Of a stretch of DNA of 64,000 bases, positions 12,820 to 24,462 are shown piece after piece. The DNA comes from Podarcis gaigeae. Its lineage: Eukaryota. Numbering within the stretch: position 1 is the first letter of the stretch; each line of letters begins with the position of its first letter. Where the stretch lies: assembly GCA_964106915.2 (NCBI GenBank), contig OZ066924.1; one strand, 5' to 3'. The notes beneath the pieces were generated by a model, which was given only the letters and a program-made list of their open reading frames with translations, ran no database searches and had not been told where the DNA came from. The translations under genes were made by a program, and so were the position numbers.

Positions 12820-14704
12820 GATGAAAGAAAATTTATGCAACGGTGCCCAAGGTTTTGAGGTGAAATTATTTTATAAACTTGAGACAGGATGTAAAAACTT
12901 TTGAAAGCGAAAACGGAAAAAGGACCAGAGTATATACAAAAAGAATTTTAATGACTCTGAAGCATTAAGACCTCCTTCAGAATGAATGTTGTCACTCAAT
13001 TCATGTGTTCAACTTTTTGAGGACAGTGAAAGATTGGTGCTTTATATACAGTATTTCAAATTCTACAGGAAGTTTTAACCCATTCACAGAAATGCCTTTT
13101 CTCTGACTACTGGAAAATCAGTATGCTATTTGTGAATGAGCTTAAGGAACAATTTAAAGGATATTCAAAGAGGCTGAGATTCAATGAGTTACTTTAGGTT
13201 CATATATGCCCAATGGAATCTTACACATTTTACTTAAATGTGTTAAAAAAAAATCAACAGACTCCAACCCCTCCATATCAAAACTATGCTTTTTACATTT
13301 TCATTTTCTTTGGAGGTTTATTGCTATGTGGCAAGTGGCCAGGGCAGTGGTGTCCAAAGGGTCATGTAACTAATTTCACAATTATTTGGTCTGCAGCCAT
13401 ATAAGAAATACTGAGAGTAAGGAGGAGGAGGAAAAATCAGTGGTCATGGGGCAAAATCTGGACCAAACTCTGGGGAAATGAAACTTCCAACAGAGCTAAA
13501 CACCCAGCATGATAATTTTCTATCCTTGGGACAAAATGTATTGTTCACTTTTTAAGAACTGTTCATGCTTCATGTATAGCGATGGCTATTCATTACACCT
13601 TTTCAGATGAAAGTATTTGCATTTTAGACATATTAGCGGGCAAGTATCTTCTTAAACCAGATGCCTATTGATATTTTGACAAGCCATTTTTTCAGAAGAA
13701 ATATGAAATAGTGAATTACCCATTTCCAATGTTTGCTTCCGATTGCTTTGCACATTTTCTTCTTTTTTTTTCCGTACAGCTCTAAAGATTTTAAATTACG
13801 ATTATTTAGAAACTCTTCTCCCTTAATAGAATTTGAGTAACCTGGATTAAAGCTGATCTATACACTCGGCAGAAAAAAATAAGTCTATTTACAAAGGTGC
13901 AAACTTTAATTGGTTAAAAAAAAAGGTTAGGAGTAATATAGTTTGGTAGCCTCACCAAACAAGGCTTATAAGACCGATTCACAAGGAGCTAATGGATGTT
14001 CTCCATGAATACTATGTTTTAAACCTTGTAGGCAGTCAGAAAGAATGAAGGTTTTTTTAGTATAAAAAAACCATACTAGCAGGATATTCAGTAGGCTGCA
14101 TACTAAATAATGCAGTACTGTATTATATGATAATACCTGCCATATGCAGGATTCCACAGGCAAACTTGTAAATAATTCAAGTGAAGAAAATCATAACTCC
14201 AAATTGAAAATTGGTTGTTAGAGGTAGAAGAATCATTCCTCCTTTGGCTAAAGTGAAATAGAAGGGTTTCTCCACCTCCCAAAACTGTGAAATAATTTCT
14301 AGCAGATGGGAGTCTTCCTTCCCACTACTAGCTTGCTGAAAGGCCCTATAAATATTCAGTTGTTGGCCATGCTCTTTAGCTGTTAGAACTAAAACTTGAC
14401 GCTCAAGCTCCTCCACTTTTAGTACTACAATTTATTTTGCAAATTTAAACAAAAATTTGTCATCCACACCACTGTCTGTCCAGGCTGACAAGACCTGCTT
14501 CTGCCTATTTTGCTTGCCAATGCCTTCCCCTTAGCTTGGATAGCTCTGGTGGATGTTGAAATCACCAGTCCTACCATGTGTAATATGTCCAGTATCACAC
14601 ATGAACACAACCAACACCCTTTCATACGTCAACAACAATTGCTATCCACATGATAAAAAAATTCCTTCCAGTAGCACCTTAGAGACCAACTAAGTTTGTT
14701 ATTG

Positions 14705-14742
14705 GTATGAGCTTTCGTGTGCATGCACACTTCTTCAGATAC
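14705..14742 (-). ncRNA. Minimal type I hammerhead ribozyme (intact) in PLE pseudo-LTR
   Basis: Minus strand GUAU-CUGAAGA-A-GUGUGC AU GCACAC-GAAA-GC-UC^-AUAC: full core, stem II, palindromic AGCU stem III, 4-bp stem I. Confidence 0.85.
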
Positions 14743-15350
14743 ACTGAAACAGAAGTCACCAGACCCTTATATGGGGAGGGGTATTACTCAGAAGGGTGGT
14801 GGGAATAACACCATTACTGGCCCCAACAACATCAAACATACCATCTCGGGACTCTTTAATTGCTCATCTTCTAACATTGTGTATGCCATCAAATGCCAAC
14901 AGTGCCCTTCAGTTCTCTATATTGGACAAACAGGCCAAACCCTACGCCAAAGGATAAATGGACATAAATCGGACATCAGGAATTACAAGACAGAGAAACC
15001 AGTAGGAGAACACTTCAGTCTCCCAGGACATTCTATACAAGATCTCAAAGGAGCTGTCTTATTACAAAAGAATTTCAGAAATAGACTGGAAAGAGAACTT
15101 GCTGAATTGCAACTTAATACCAAACTTAAAACCATGGAGAGACCTGGTCTGAATTGAGACATTGGATTCTTATCTCATTATACATGATGAAGCCATCTCA
15201 CCTCTTGCTTTTTCCTATAAGACCAATTGCAGTCATTAACAGTTGTCAACAGGTCTACCACACCTATCAACCCATTCCCACTACCCTTCTGAGTAATACC
15301 CCTCCCCACCCTCTAACTATATATAGGGGTCTGGTGACTTCCGTTTCAGT

Positions 15351-15388
15351 GCATCTGAAGAAGTGTGCATGCACAGGAAAGCTCACAC
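15351..15388 (+). ncRNA. Minimal hammerhead ribozyme (degenerate) in PLE pseudo-LTR
   Basis: GCAU-CUGAAGA-A-GUGUGCAUGCACAG-GAAA-GC-UC-ACAC: core kept, but stem I has two mismatches and the stem II closing pair is G.G. Confidence 0.7.
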
Positions 15389-18150
15389 CAATAACAAACT
15401 TAGTTGGTCTCTAAGGTGCTACTGGAAGGAATTTTTTAATTTTTTCCCCCCAACTACGACAGACCAATACGGCTACCTATCTGTAACTATCCACATGATA
15501 CATGTGTAAGCAGCCTTGCTTGCTTATATGTAGAATTTTTTCTTTCTTTTTAAACATGTTTTAGTAGCAGCAGGAAAAACTGTGGGCTGGTATTGGGGAG
15601 CCAGTGACTAGTGAGAAGAGAAGGGAATCAGGAAAGCTGATGGCATGACGATGGCATCTCAAGGAATAGGGCCGAGCAACTTCGTAGGACCACTATCCCA
15701 CATTTAGCAGCTTTTCCAGTTACAAAATTGTGTTTTCATTTATTGGAGGGAAGCAGGTTATCTGCTGTTACATATGATGTGAACTGGAATATCTGACACT
15801 TTGGGATTCAGACCTCAGCCAAGATTCACTTTGCCAAGATCAGTTCTAACAAAGAAAGGTACTAATTCATGAAGATTCATGGCAGCTTGGAAGATTTTCT
15901 TGTGGTTTTTGGAACACACGAGGAATTAATGGGCTACATCTTTTTGCGAGAAACTAATCCTTTTCCCTTCCAGCTGCATGACACAGAGATAGATTTTCTT
16001 CACTTTTTTTGGCAGGCCCTTATTCGGACTATAGCACAGAAAATGTTTCTAATTCAAATATTTCACATTTAGATGAAAGGGATTTTAAGGGTAAACTGAT
16101 TTCCCCCCCAGTCACCCTTTTTGTACCTCCCCATAGGTTTAGTTGGAGATAACTGAAGTACTATACGCTTACAAGTGGTCTACCCTGTGCCTTGCATCAA
16201 AAACATCATTTTCACATTCCAGATACTACAAAGGTGCTTACATATTTTAACTTGAATTGAAATAAACAGTTTTCTGTCAGGAAATTTATAAGCAACCAAA
16301 TGTTACAAATTTAGTGAAGAGCCACTCTAACTTCTTGCAAGGAATTCTAATATTTACTTCATTATTTTTTTCAAAGAGCCTTGCTTTTAAAATCTTTGCA
16401 TCTTTCTCTGAGAAGTTATTTATAATTATTCATACACTAGCTTTGTTTTCTTCATTGCACTTCCATATTCTTGTTTAATTCTTGTATCGTGGTTGCAGAT
16501 TTATGTGAAAATGACCTGAATAAATTTGTTTTTCAAATGCTCAGAACGTCTCTCCAGCTTTCACCAAAATCTTTCTTACAGGTTAAGAGGAATCTCTATA
16601 TACATGATTGTATCATTCTTCTGTATGGGGGAAGCATTTCATTCTCTAAAAAATACAAACGTGATACTTCAGATGCAAACCTTAGATAATTTTGTAGTTA
16701 CCCTGCGAGGGAAAGGAGGGTCAACCTAAGAGAGCTAAAGGAGTTTACAGAAGTCATCACACATGGATGAGGAAAATTATATAAGCAGAAAGTTTGCTAA
16801 TCCTAATAGCTAACAGACCATATCGAGCTTGGAGAACAGACTATAACAGGGCTGCCTCTACTTTTCAGAGGGAAAGCTTGTAAAAATGCTACTAATTATG
16901 CATTATGACAAGATTATTATGGGACAAAGCTCATAGGATAAAAATAACAGTGATGTTCATGCCACAAGACTAGCCAGATAGTCAATGGGTCTTCAATAGG
17001 CTAGTTTATTGTCCTGTATCACCATTTTAGTAAGCCTGTCTGGAAACTTACTTTGAGTTCAAATGTATCCTTGAGTTCAGAATGTTTCTATTTCTACAAA
17101 ATGCGATACAGTATAAGACAGACTTTTGTATCAATACAGTATGACCACAATGGAATCCTAGTCCTCCATGCGCCCAAAACGCCGCTAAACAAAAACATTC
17201 AATAATGTATTTTAAGGTTGCTAGATTTTACTTCTATATTGGTGCTTTTCAACTGGTGCTACGTCTCTGTATGTCTTGCAGTTTTAAAAACACTGGTTTA
17301 TCTGAATAGAAGAAAACAAGAGATGTGATTTACATTCACCTGGTATTGCCCTCCTATGTAGACAAAGTCTACATAGCTCGTTCCTTAGATCAAAAGCTTT
17401 GCTGTAAATCCAGCACTTTTAAAAATGCTTTGATGTGCTAGACACCCCATAGGAATACTGCTAGGGTCATAAGTTATAGCAGTAAGAAATTCTCTCCTGT
17501 TCATCAATTGCCAAGAAAAACTAAGCACTCTTGGCAGTCCAGAGACATGTAAAGAGATGCTACCCAAGCTATGAAGTTTTCAAGTTTCTCTATTTTCAAC
17601 TAAAACAGGAAAAGGCGTTATCTTATTACTTTGTATGTAGTGTGCAAGTTTTCTTTAGCCATTCACAACTTGTTTTTACCCAATGGAAAGATGTTTATCA
17701 ACTAGAGAGATTCAGGGCATGTTGTGTAGTTGTAAATTTAGGAAAATGAGAGACTAAATAATAAAGGGATAGGAAACCCTATTATTGGGCTAGCATTAAC
17801 TTATGTAATATTTTTCTCTCCAACATGCATGTAAAATGGGGAAAGGCTTTTAAAGCAGTGGAGCCACTAATAGTTACAGCTTGTTAAGACGTAGCTTGAA
17901 TCCCAAGAGTAATGAAGGACCATATGAAAATAATTTCTTTTGGATGTAAAAGACAAATCCTGCAGTATTATAAGCAAACAGCTACACCCTACTTTTTCAA
18001 TTAATGCACTCTAGATAACCAAAAGAATTAACTGATCTGAAAATAGATGACATTCAATTCAGTCAAATGCCCTTCTAATCTCAGAATATCAAGACACAAA
18101 TGAATGAAACCATTGGACAGTATAGATACAAATTTCTGACTTTAACAGAT

Positions 18151-18342
18151 CAGTGGTAACTTGTCAAACTTAATCCGTTCCGGGAGACCGTTCAACTCCC
18201 AGAACCGTTCGAAAACCAAGGCGCAGCTTCCAATTGGCTGCAGGAGCTTCTTGCACTCAATTGGAAGCTGCGTCGGACGTTTGGCTTATGCAAAACATTT
18301 GCAAACCGGGACCCAAGCCATTCAACAACCAAGGTACCACTG
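18151..18342. mobile_element. Tc1/mariner MITE
   Basis: CAGTGGTA...AGGTACCACTG|TA; internal TAATCCGTTCC shared with other copies. Confidence 0.75.
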
Positions 18343-18726
18343 TAGTAAGGAGGTAAATATATGATCTAACACCAGATTCATTCCTTTAGAGCACGAATGG
18401 TGATCTTGTGTCCCTCCAAATGTTGTTGGGACTACAACTCCCATAATCCCTGACCATTTGCCATACTGACTGGGGCTGACAAGAGCTAGAATCCAACATT
18501 TGGACACAGGTTCCTGACCTCTGATGTAGAGTCTTCCTTTTCTGGACAGCATATGTCAGTTATTCACACTGCAAGACACATGCTGTTTTCCAGTGGTTTC
18601 TGTTTATACATTTGTTCCAGTAATTTAATACAAACTCTGACATTTCAAGCAAAAACAGCCAAGCCCCGCAGCATCTTAATAAGCAACAAAACACCATCAA
18701 GGTGTAATGGTATAATTTGCCATATG

Positions 18727-19056
18727 TGATAGTCATCTTCAAATATCTAAAGGCTGTCACATGGACAATGCAGCAAGCTTCTTTTTCCCTGCACCAGAAG
18801 CTAAGACCCCAACCAATAGATTCAAGTTGCAAGAAAGGAGTTTCCGACCAAACATCAGGAAGAACTTTCTGACAGCAAGAGCTGTTAGACAGTGGAACTG
18901 TCTCCCACAACAGATGGTGAACTCTCCTTCCTTGGAGGTTTTGAAGCAGAGGCTAGATGGCCATCTGTCATGTATGATCTAGTTGAGATTCCTATATTGC
19001 AGAGGATTGGACCAGATTACCTTTGGAGTTGCTTCCAACTACAATTCCAAGATCCT
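18727..19056 (+). mobile_element. CR1 LINE 3' end
   Basis: FKY-like coding remnant, NIRKNFLTARAVRQWN-LP...SPSLEVLKQRLD, then a CR1-like tail. Confidence 0.85.
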
Positions 19057-19068
19057 ATGATGTACAGC

Positions 19069-19554
19069 TAAAAAGCAGAGACATCACCTTCCCAACAAAG
19101 GTCCGTATAGTTAAAGCCATGGTTTTCCCAGTAGTGATGTATGGAAGTGAGAGCTGGACCATAAAACAGGCTGATCGCCGAAGAATTGATGCTTTTGAAT
19201 TATGGTGTTGGAGGAGACTCTTGAGAGTCCCATGGACTGCAAGAAGATAAAACTGATCCATTCTGAAGGAAATCAGCCCTGAGTGCTCACTGGAAGGACA
19301 GATCCTGAAGCTGAGGCTCCAATACTTTGGCCACCTCATGAGAAGAGAAGACTCCCTGGAAAAGACCCTGATGTTGGAAAAGATGGAGGGCACAAGGAGA
19401 AGGGGACGACAGAGGACAAGATGGTTGGACACTGTTCTCGAAGCTACAAACATGAGTCTGACCAAACTGCGGGAGGCAGTGGAAGACAGGAGTGCCTGGC
19501 GTGCTCTGGTCCATGGGGTCACGAAGAGTCAGACACAACTAAACAACAACACCA
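19069..19554 (+). mobile_element. BovB (RTE) LINE, 5'-truncated
   Basis: LKSRDITFPTKVRIVKAMVFPVVMYGSESWT...WCWRRLLRVPWTARR; (CAA)n tail; 12-bp TSD ATGATGTACAGC at 19057-19068 and 19555-19566. Confidence 0.95.
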
Positions 19555-19972
19555 ATGATGTACAGCAAAATGTTTTTTCTGCCTATGGGATTTCCACAAA
19601 GGCCTATTATTTTTGAACTTTTAGCTAGCCCTTCACTGAATGGTTCCCAAAATGTCTCTATGTATGGTTACAAAAATGTCTTGATGTAAGCGAGTACAAT
19701 TTGCATTCAAATCATAAAATAAAACCACAAAACCAATGGCAAAGCAACAAAACAGGAGCACAGAACAGTCATGAGGGAGAAGGAAAAGGATTCCATTGAA
19801 TCTAAGGCCTGGATAAAGAGGTGCATCTTCACCAATTGTCAATACCCATGATCTTTCATGCAAGTTCCCATTAAGAAGTTAAAAACATGGCAAATGGAGC
19901 TATTCCTGACAAGTGTAGAATAGTTTCTATAGAAAAAAAGCCTCCTGCAATGAACAACTTCAAAACCAACCA

Positions 19973-19978
19973 TTTATT
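19973..19978 (-). terminator. Likely SRFBP1 polyadenylation signal (AATAAA)
   Basis: TTTATT on + strand about 135 nt after the stop, followed on the - strand by GT/T-rich sequence. Confidence 0.6.
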
Positions 19979-20110
19979 TTATATATTAGTTATATTGGAA
20001 ATCTATAAATGAAATGTCTGTTTTTAGCTTATACAGCTGTGTCAACAAGCTGTCAACAGATGAGATAAAAAAGGAGGAAAAGAAGAGAGTCCTTAAGAAA
20101 TAACACCCCC

Positions 20111-20289
20111 TTAGTCTTCAAATTTAATTTTTTTCCCTTGGAATGCTGTAATTTGAGATACTTGCTCTCGACGTTTCCTGCTTGCCTCCCAGGAAGGATG
20201 AAGTGGCTGCTCCAATTGTTCTCTCTTAATACCTTGCTTCATACTCAAACCTTTGAACATCTGTTTCTGTGAACCGTTTCTTTCAAAAC
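20111..20289 (-). CDS. SRFBP1: SRFBP1 exon 8, coding part to stop
   Basis: gtgcag|GTTTTGAA...; ends with the BUD22-family motif [14 protein letters not shown]...[11 protein letters not shown]. Confidence 0.95.
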
Positions 20290-20453
20290 CTGCACAAGAA
20301 TTCATAGAACATTAAGAGCATCGACAATTCGCACACCATAGAGGTATATAGCTTCTAGTTGGTTCCTCAGAGATAAGAAGTCGGATCCAGATTTGCTCTT
20401 CTGCAAACAGATAGGATATTTCCCACCTAGGATGCAGTAGACTTCTCAATATA

Positions 20454-20708
20454 CAGTGGTACCTCTAGATACGAACGGGATCCGTTCTGGAGCCCCGTTC
20501 GCATCTAGAGGTAAACGTTATCTAGTGATGGCACGTCTGCGCACGTGCGCGTCACTTTTCGCCGATTCTGCGCATGACATCATTTTGAGCATCTGCGCAT
20601 GCGCAAGCGGCAAAACCCGGAAGTAACGCGCTCCGTTACTTCCAGGTTACCGCGGAGCGCAACTCGAACGCGCTCAACTTGAAGAAAATTTAACCCGAGG
20701 TATGACTG
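20454..20708. mobile_element. Tc1/mariner MITE (CpG-rich, young)
   Basis: TA|CAGTGGTACCTC...GAGGTATGACTG|TA. Confidence 0.8.
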
Positions 20709-21191
20709 TACAAAGAGCTGTAATTTCCCTGTGTAGCCCCCAGCACCACCTCTGATGGTGTTTCAGAACGTCTCCCATCCCTCCTGAGCAGCATTTGAGG
20801 GGGCATCTGGAGAAAGATATGGGAAGATCGCAGAGTTCCACTGAGCACAAGTCAGGATTCACCTTATCCTATGTGCTTTAGTGATTATTTATTATATATT
20901 TATGACGCAACATACCTGGTTACATTCACACATTAAACAGAAGCCACTGGCATTCTTTTAATTATCTTATGGAAAGCTTCCAGGCATGCCAATGCAAAGT
21001 GGAACTTCATGCAGTTTTGGAGGACAAGCAAAACTTCAAAATATGGTACAGAGTTATGTGGTTTTCAAAAGTAATTTCTTCTGATTGTATATAAAACAGT
21101 ACTGAATTATCCAGCATTGGTAAAGTTTTGGGCCATCAGAGGCCCAAATTGACCCTGGGGTGGGGCAGAGAGAACTTGCAGAACAGTGCCA

Positions 21192-21200
21192 TGTGTGTCT

Positions 21201-21273
<73 letters not shown>
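21192..21273. repeat. (GT)n(GA)n compound microsatellite
   Basis: Direct reading. Confidence 0.95.
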
Positions 21274-21277
<4 letters not shown>

Positions 21278-21694
21278 GGATTATTACATATGACAAGCCA
21301 AAGTGCTTTCTTTCCCTGACGGAATGATCTTCCTGGTGCAACACTGAATTCCTCCCGAAATTTAATAAAATATGAAAATGAGACTCCTGTGCCTTATAAA
21401 CCCTTTTGGAAAATATGAAAACAAGGATAGCACATTATTCCAAACTTCAGTAAAATCATAGCGATTGCTTGACCTCGAGTAGGGCTAGTAAAATTAGCTG
21501 CACAAACCTAGATTGTAAAAATGTCCTTCCAAAAACTGTAAATTTAAAAGCCTCTATAAAGTTCAAGTACAATGCTTTTAAAAAAATTCAATACAATTAA
21601 CTGCATTTGAAAAACTACTGCTACAGTTTAAATACAAAATGAGATTTTGTTCTGATGCTGCATGAATGCAAGTAGCAACATCAACCTGACTTAC

Positions 21695-21732
21695 CTTTTG
21701 CTTTACTTCTGGGAAGCTGGTCTTTTACAGTT
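21695..21732 (-). CDS. SRFBP1: SRFBP1 exon 7 (38-nt microexon)
   Basis: tttctgttctag|AACTGT...GCAAAAG|gtaagt; joins the phase-2 end of exon 6 to the phase-1 start of exon 8 in frame (TVKDQLPRSKAK). Confidence 0.85.
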
Positions 21733-22312
21733 CTAGAACAGAAAAAAGTGATATTTTTAGAAATCAAGACATTATTGAGTGCAACGAACATGTGATATCT
21801 GTGAAACCTAAAGCACATAAATAGACCTGAGAATTATCTATATCTGGGGCGGGAACCTCTGGCCATGGGCCAAATATGGCCAGCCAGGCATCCCCATTTG
21901 TCCCACAAGGCAACTTTCTCCAAACCACACCCATCTACTCCACACCTGACATTATATGCGACATGAGGTGGAGGTCAGGCAGAGATGTGGCTGTTTTCCT
22001 TGATGAAAGTCACATTGAACCCCGTTTTCTATATGCTGATGAGTGAGTGTCCATTCCTGCATGGGGACTTCTCTGTCCCCACCTCTGTAGGCCAACTTTA
22101 TTCACCGGGCATCATTTTTACACCAGATGATTGACAAGCAGTGACCCTGCCCACTTGTCAGTTGGTCTACGGAGTTGAGGAAGTTAAGAATTTCACTCGC
22201 TCTGCATAAATGGGGTTTGATAGCCAAGCCAAGCTCACGGTCTGATCGTGAGTAAGGCTCAGTTTCCATGACTTCCTTAAAGCTACTGAATCTGACAATG
22301 GTAGCTCCTCTA

Positions 22313-22677
22313 AAGGTAAAGGGACCCCTGACCATTAGGTCCAGTCGTGTCAGACTCTGGGGTTGCAGCGCTCATCTCGCTTTATTGGCCGAGGGAGCCG
22401 ACGTTTGTCCGCAGACAGCTTCCGGGTCATGTGGCCAGCATGACTAAGCCGCTTCCGGCGAACCAGAGCAGCGCGCAGAAACGCCGTTTACCTTCCTGCC
22501 AGAGTGGTACCTATTTATCTACTTGCACTTTGACGTGCTTTCGAACTGCTAGGTTGGCAGGAGCAGGGACCGAGCAACGGGAGCTCACCCCGTCACGGGG
22601 ATCCGAACAGCCTACCTTCTGATCGGCAAGTCCTAGGCTCTGTGGTTTAACCCACAGCACCACCCGCGTCCCATACC
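22313..22677 (-). mobile_element. Sauria SINE
   Basis: Reverse of the 616-966 family; 10-bp TSD AGCTCCTCTA. Confidence 0.9.
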
Positions 22678-22832
22678 AGCTCCTCTAGGGAAAGTCTAAT
22701 GCAAAAATTGACTCAACAGAGGAGGCTAGTCAGAAAATATGCAAACACTTTTCACAGCATGTAAGCTACTTGAAGGGTGAAAACATTTGTCCAAAAAGTT
22801 TGCAAACTAGATTGAGGGTTTTGATGGCTTAC

Positions 22833-23565
22833 CTTTTCACTGATTTGGACTTATTTGTTTCTGACAGTGAAGAGTAAAACATGGATTCTAGCTTCATTGT
22901 TTTTGAGCTTTGATTTTGGCCTTTTGCATCTGTGTCCTGGGCTGTGTCAGACTGCGAGCCCTTTTTGAGCTGGATACATTTGCCTTTCTGGTCTGTAGGT
23001 AATGAAATATCAGCTGCTCCCTTCTTTTTCTTCCTTCTCTTTACTTTGCCAATGAAGAAGTCATCATCGCTATCATTTTCATCAGAGCCAGAAGACTGAT
23101 TATAGAATCTCTCTTCAGTGCTGTCATCAAAGTATTCCTTCTCCATTCCAGCTTCCTCACTTGTCACTCTATCAGGTGAATCAACTTCTGTTCTACTCAG
23201 GAGGTCATCCAAACATTTTGTGACTTCGGAATATACTGACTTTTCTGCTTGAGCCTGAGCAGCTAATTTATGATGCTCTGCAGCCTGCACTGTAACATTA
23301 TCCAACAGGCATATTTCCTCACCGTCTGCCATTTTCAGCTTCTCTCTCACACAAATTTGTTCTTTTCCCATGTCAGAGCCTGGCTTCTCTTTCACCTTTA
23401 TTTTGTCTTGGTTTCCAGCTTGTTTAATTGTTTTCTTATGTAGACTGCTACTGGAATGCTGGGTTAGCTCAGATTGTTTGGTAAGTTGTTCTTCCGATTT
23501 ATGCTCTTCTGAAGAAATGGGTCCTGCTGGCTTCTGTCTCGCATCTTTGAAGGCTTTTACAGCAG
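22833..23565 (-). CDS. SRFBP1: SRFBP1 exon 6 (large low-complexity exon)
   Basis: tttttag|CTGCTGTAAAA...GTGAAAAG|gtaag; 733 nt; AVKAFKDARQ...EKEYFDDSTEERFYNQSSGSDENDSDDDFFIGKVKRRKKK...KLESMFYSSLS, within ORF 22829..23728. Confidence 0.95.
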
Positions 23566-23764
23566 CTAAAAAAAAGCAAGATTTTTTTTTTTTAATAATG
23601 CAGCATAAATGGTAAAAACACAGAAATGATAAAAGGGGTTCTAAAGCAAACTCATTTCGTTGTGGTGGGTGGTGGAGTGGGGCCGCATAGTGTAGTGGTG
23701 GAATAAAATATATTTTTCTCTGTGGCACCTCATGTGAAGAGGGTCTCTGGTAGCAGGAAGAGAA

Positions 23765-24088
23765 TAATAATAATTTATTATTTATACTCCGTCCATCTGG
23801 CTGGGTTTCCCTAGCTACTCTGGGCTGTTTGCAACAGAATGTTAAAAACGCAATACAGCATTAAACATTAAAAACTTCCCTAAACAGAGCTGCCTTCAGA
23901 TGCCTTCTAAAAGTCAGATAGTTGTTTATTTCCTTGACATCTGATGGGAGGGTGTTCCACAGGGCAGGCACCACTACTGAGAAGGCCCTCTGCCTGGTTC
24001 CCTGTAACCTGACTCCTCACAGGGAGGGAACCGTCAGAAGGCCCTTGGAGCTGGACCTCAGTGCCCAGGCTGAACGATGAGGGTAGAG
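23765..24088 (-). mobile_element. L2-like LINE 3' fragment
   Basis: Minus strand reads R-AFSVVVPALWNTLP; (TAA)n tail. Confidence 0.75.
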
Positions 24089-24260
24089 AATACATGGCCC
24101 AGACAGGGTCTGTGTTAGGGAAGGCAGTTTTCTAGAGGAATATGTTTACATCAAGTATAAGGCATCTGACCAACACCTTTACAAGTGTGCCCAAGTCATA
24201 CCCACTACTAAGCCTGGATCTATGCACATCAAAGAAGCGTTTCAGTTTAAAGCGTTGTAA

Positions 24261-24462
24261 ATTTAAACAGGGAAAGCAGGTAGAGAAAAAGGGGGCTCCA
24301 CATCGCCATCTGGTGGCACAATGTTATATCGCACACCCAACACATATAAATCACTTTTTTTTTTACCCGTCTAGCTGAGTCCTATGTCTGCTATAGGATA
24401 TAGGAAGCCTTCTCACCCACACAATTTGGATTCTACATCCAGTTCACTGAACCATGCACCAA
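24261..24462. repeat. Donor copy of a 202-bp inverted duplication (contains CTCF motif)
   Basis: Exact reverse complement of 25332-25533; it does not resemble a recognisable transposon. Confidence 0.92.
24301..24319 (-). promoter_or_regulatory. Candidate CTCF site
   Basis: Minus strand GTGCCACCAGATGGCGATG, a close match to the CTCF core consensus CCAC/GYAGRKGGCRS. Confidence 0.65.

Larger units (their letters stand above)
14656..15486 (+). mobile_element. 5'-truncated Penelope-like retroelement (GIY-YIG endonuclease 3' end) with inverted pseudo-LTR
   Basis: ORF 14717..15157 has GIY-YIG motifs (NIVYAIKCQQC...LYIGQTGQTLRQRINGHKSDI...HF...H...GLN). Arms 14656-14806 and 15274-15437 are inverted repeats. 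14-bp TSD CTATCCACATGATA at 14642-14655 and 15487-15500. Confidence 0.93.
12820..17300 (+). other. LOX: Probable long LOX 3' UTR
   Basis: AU-rich sequence after the stop. miR-29 seed matches TGGTGCT at 13035-13041 and 17240-17246 and TGGTGCTA at 17254-17261. AATAAA at 16261 and 16519 could be proximal polyA sites. The true distal end is not determinable here. Confidence 0.5.

Noticed and set aside
14717-15157. Stand-alone functional GIY-YIG nuclease gene
   Set aside because: The first 30 codons come from the inverted pLTR, the RT is missing, and the frame stops at GLN*. It is a truncated retroelement.
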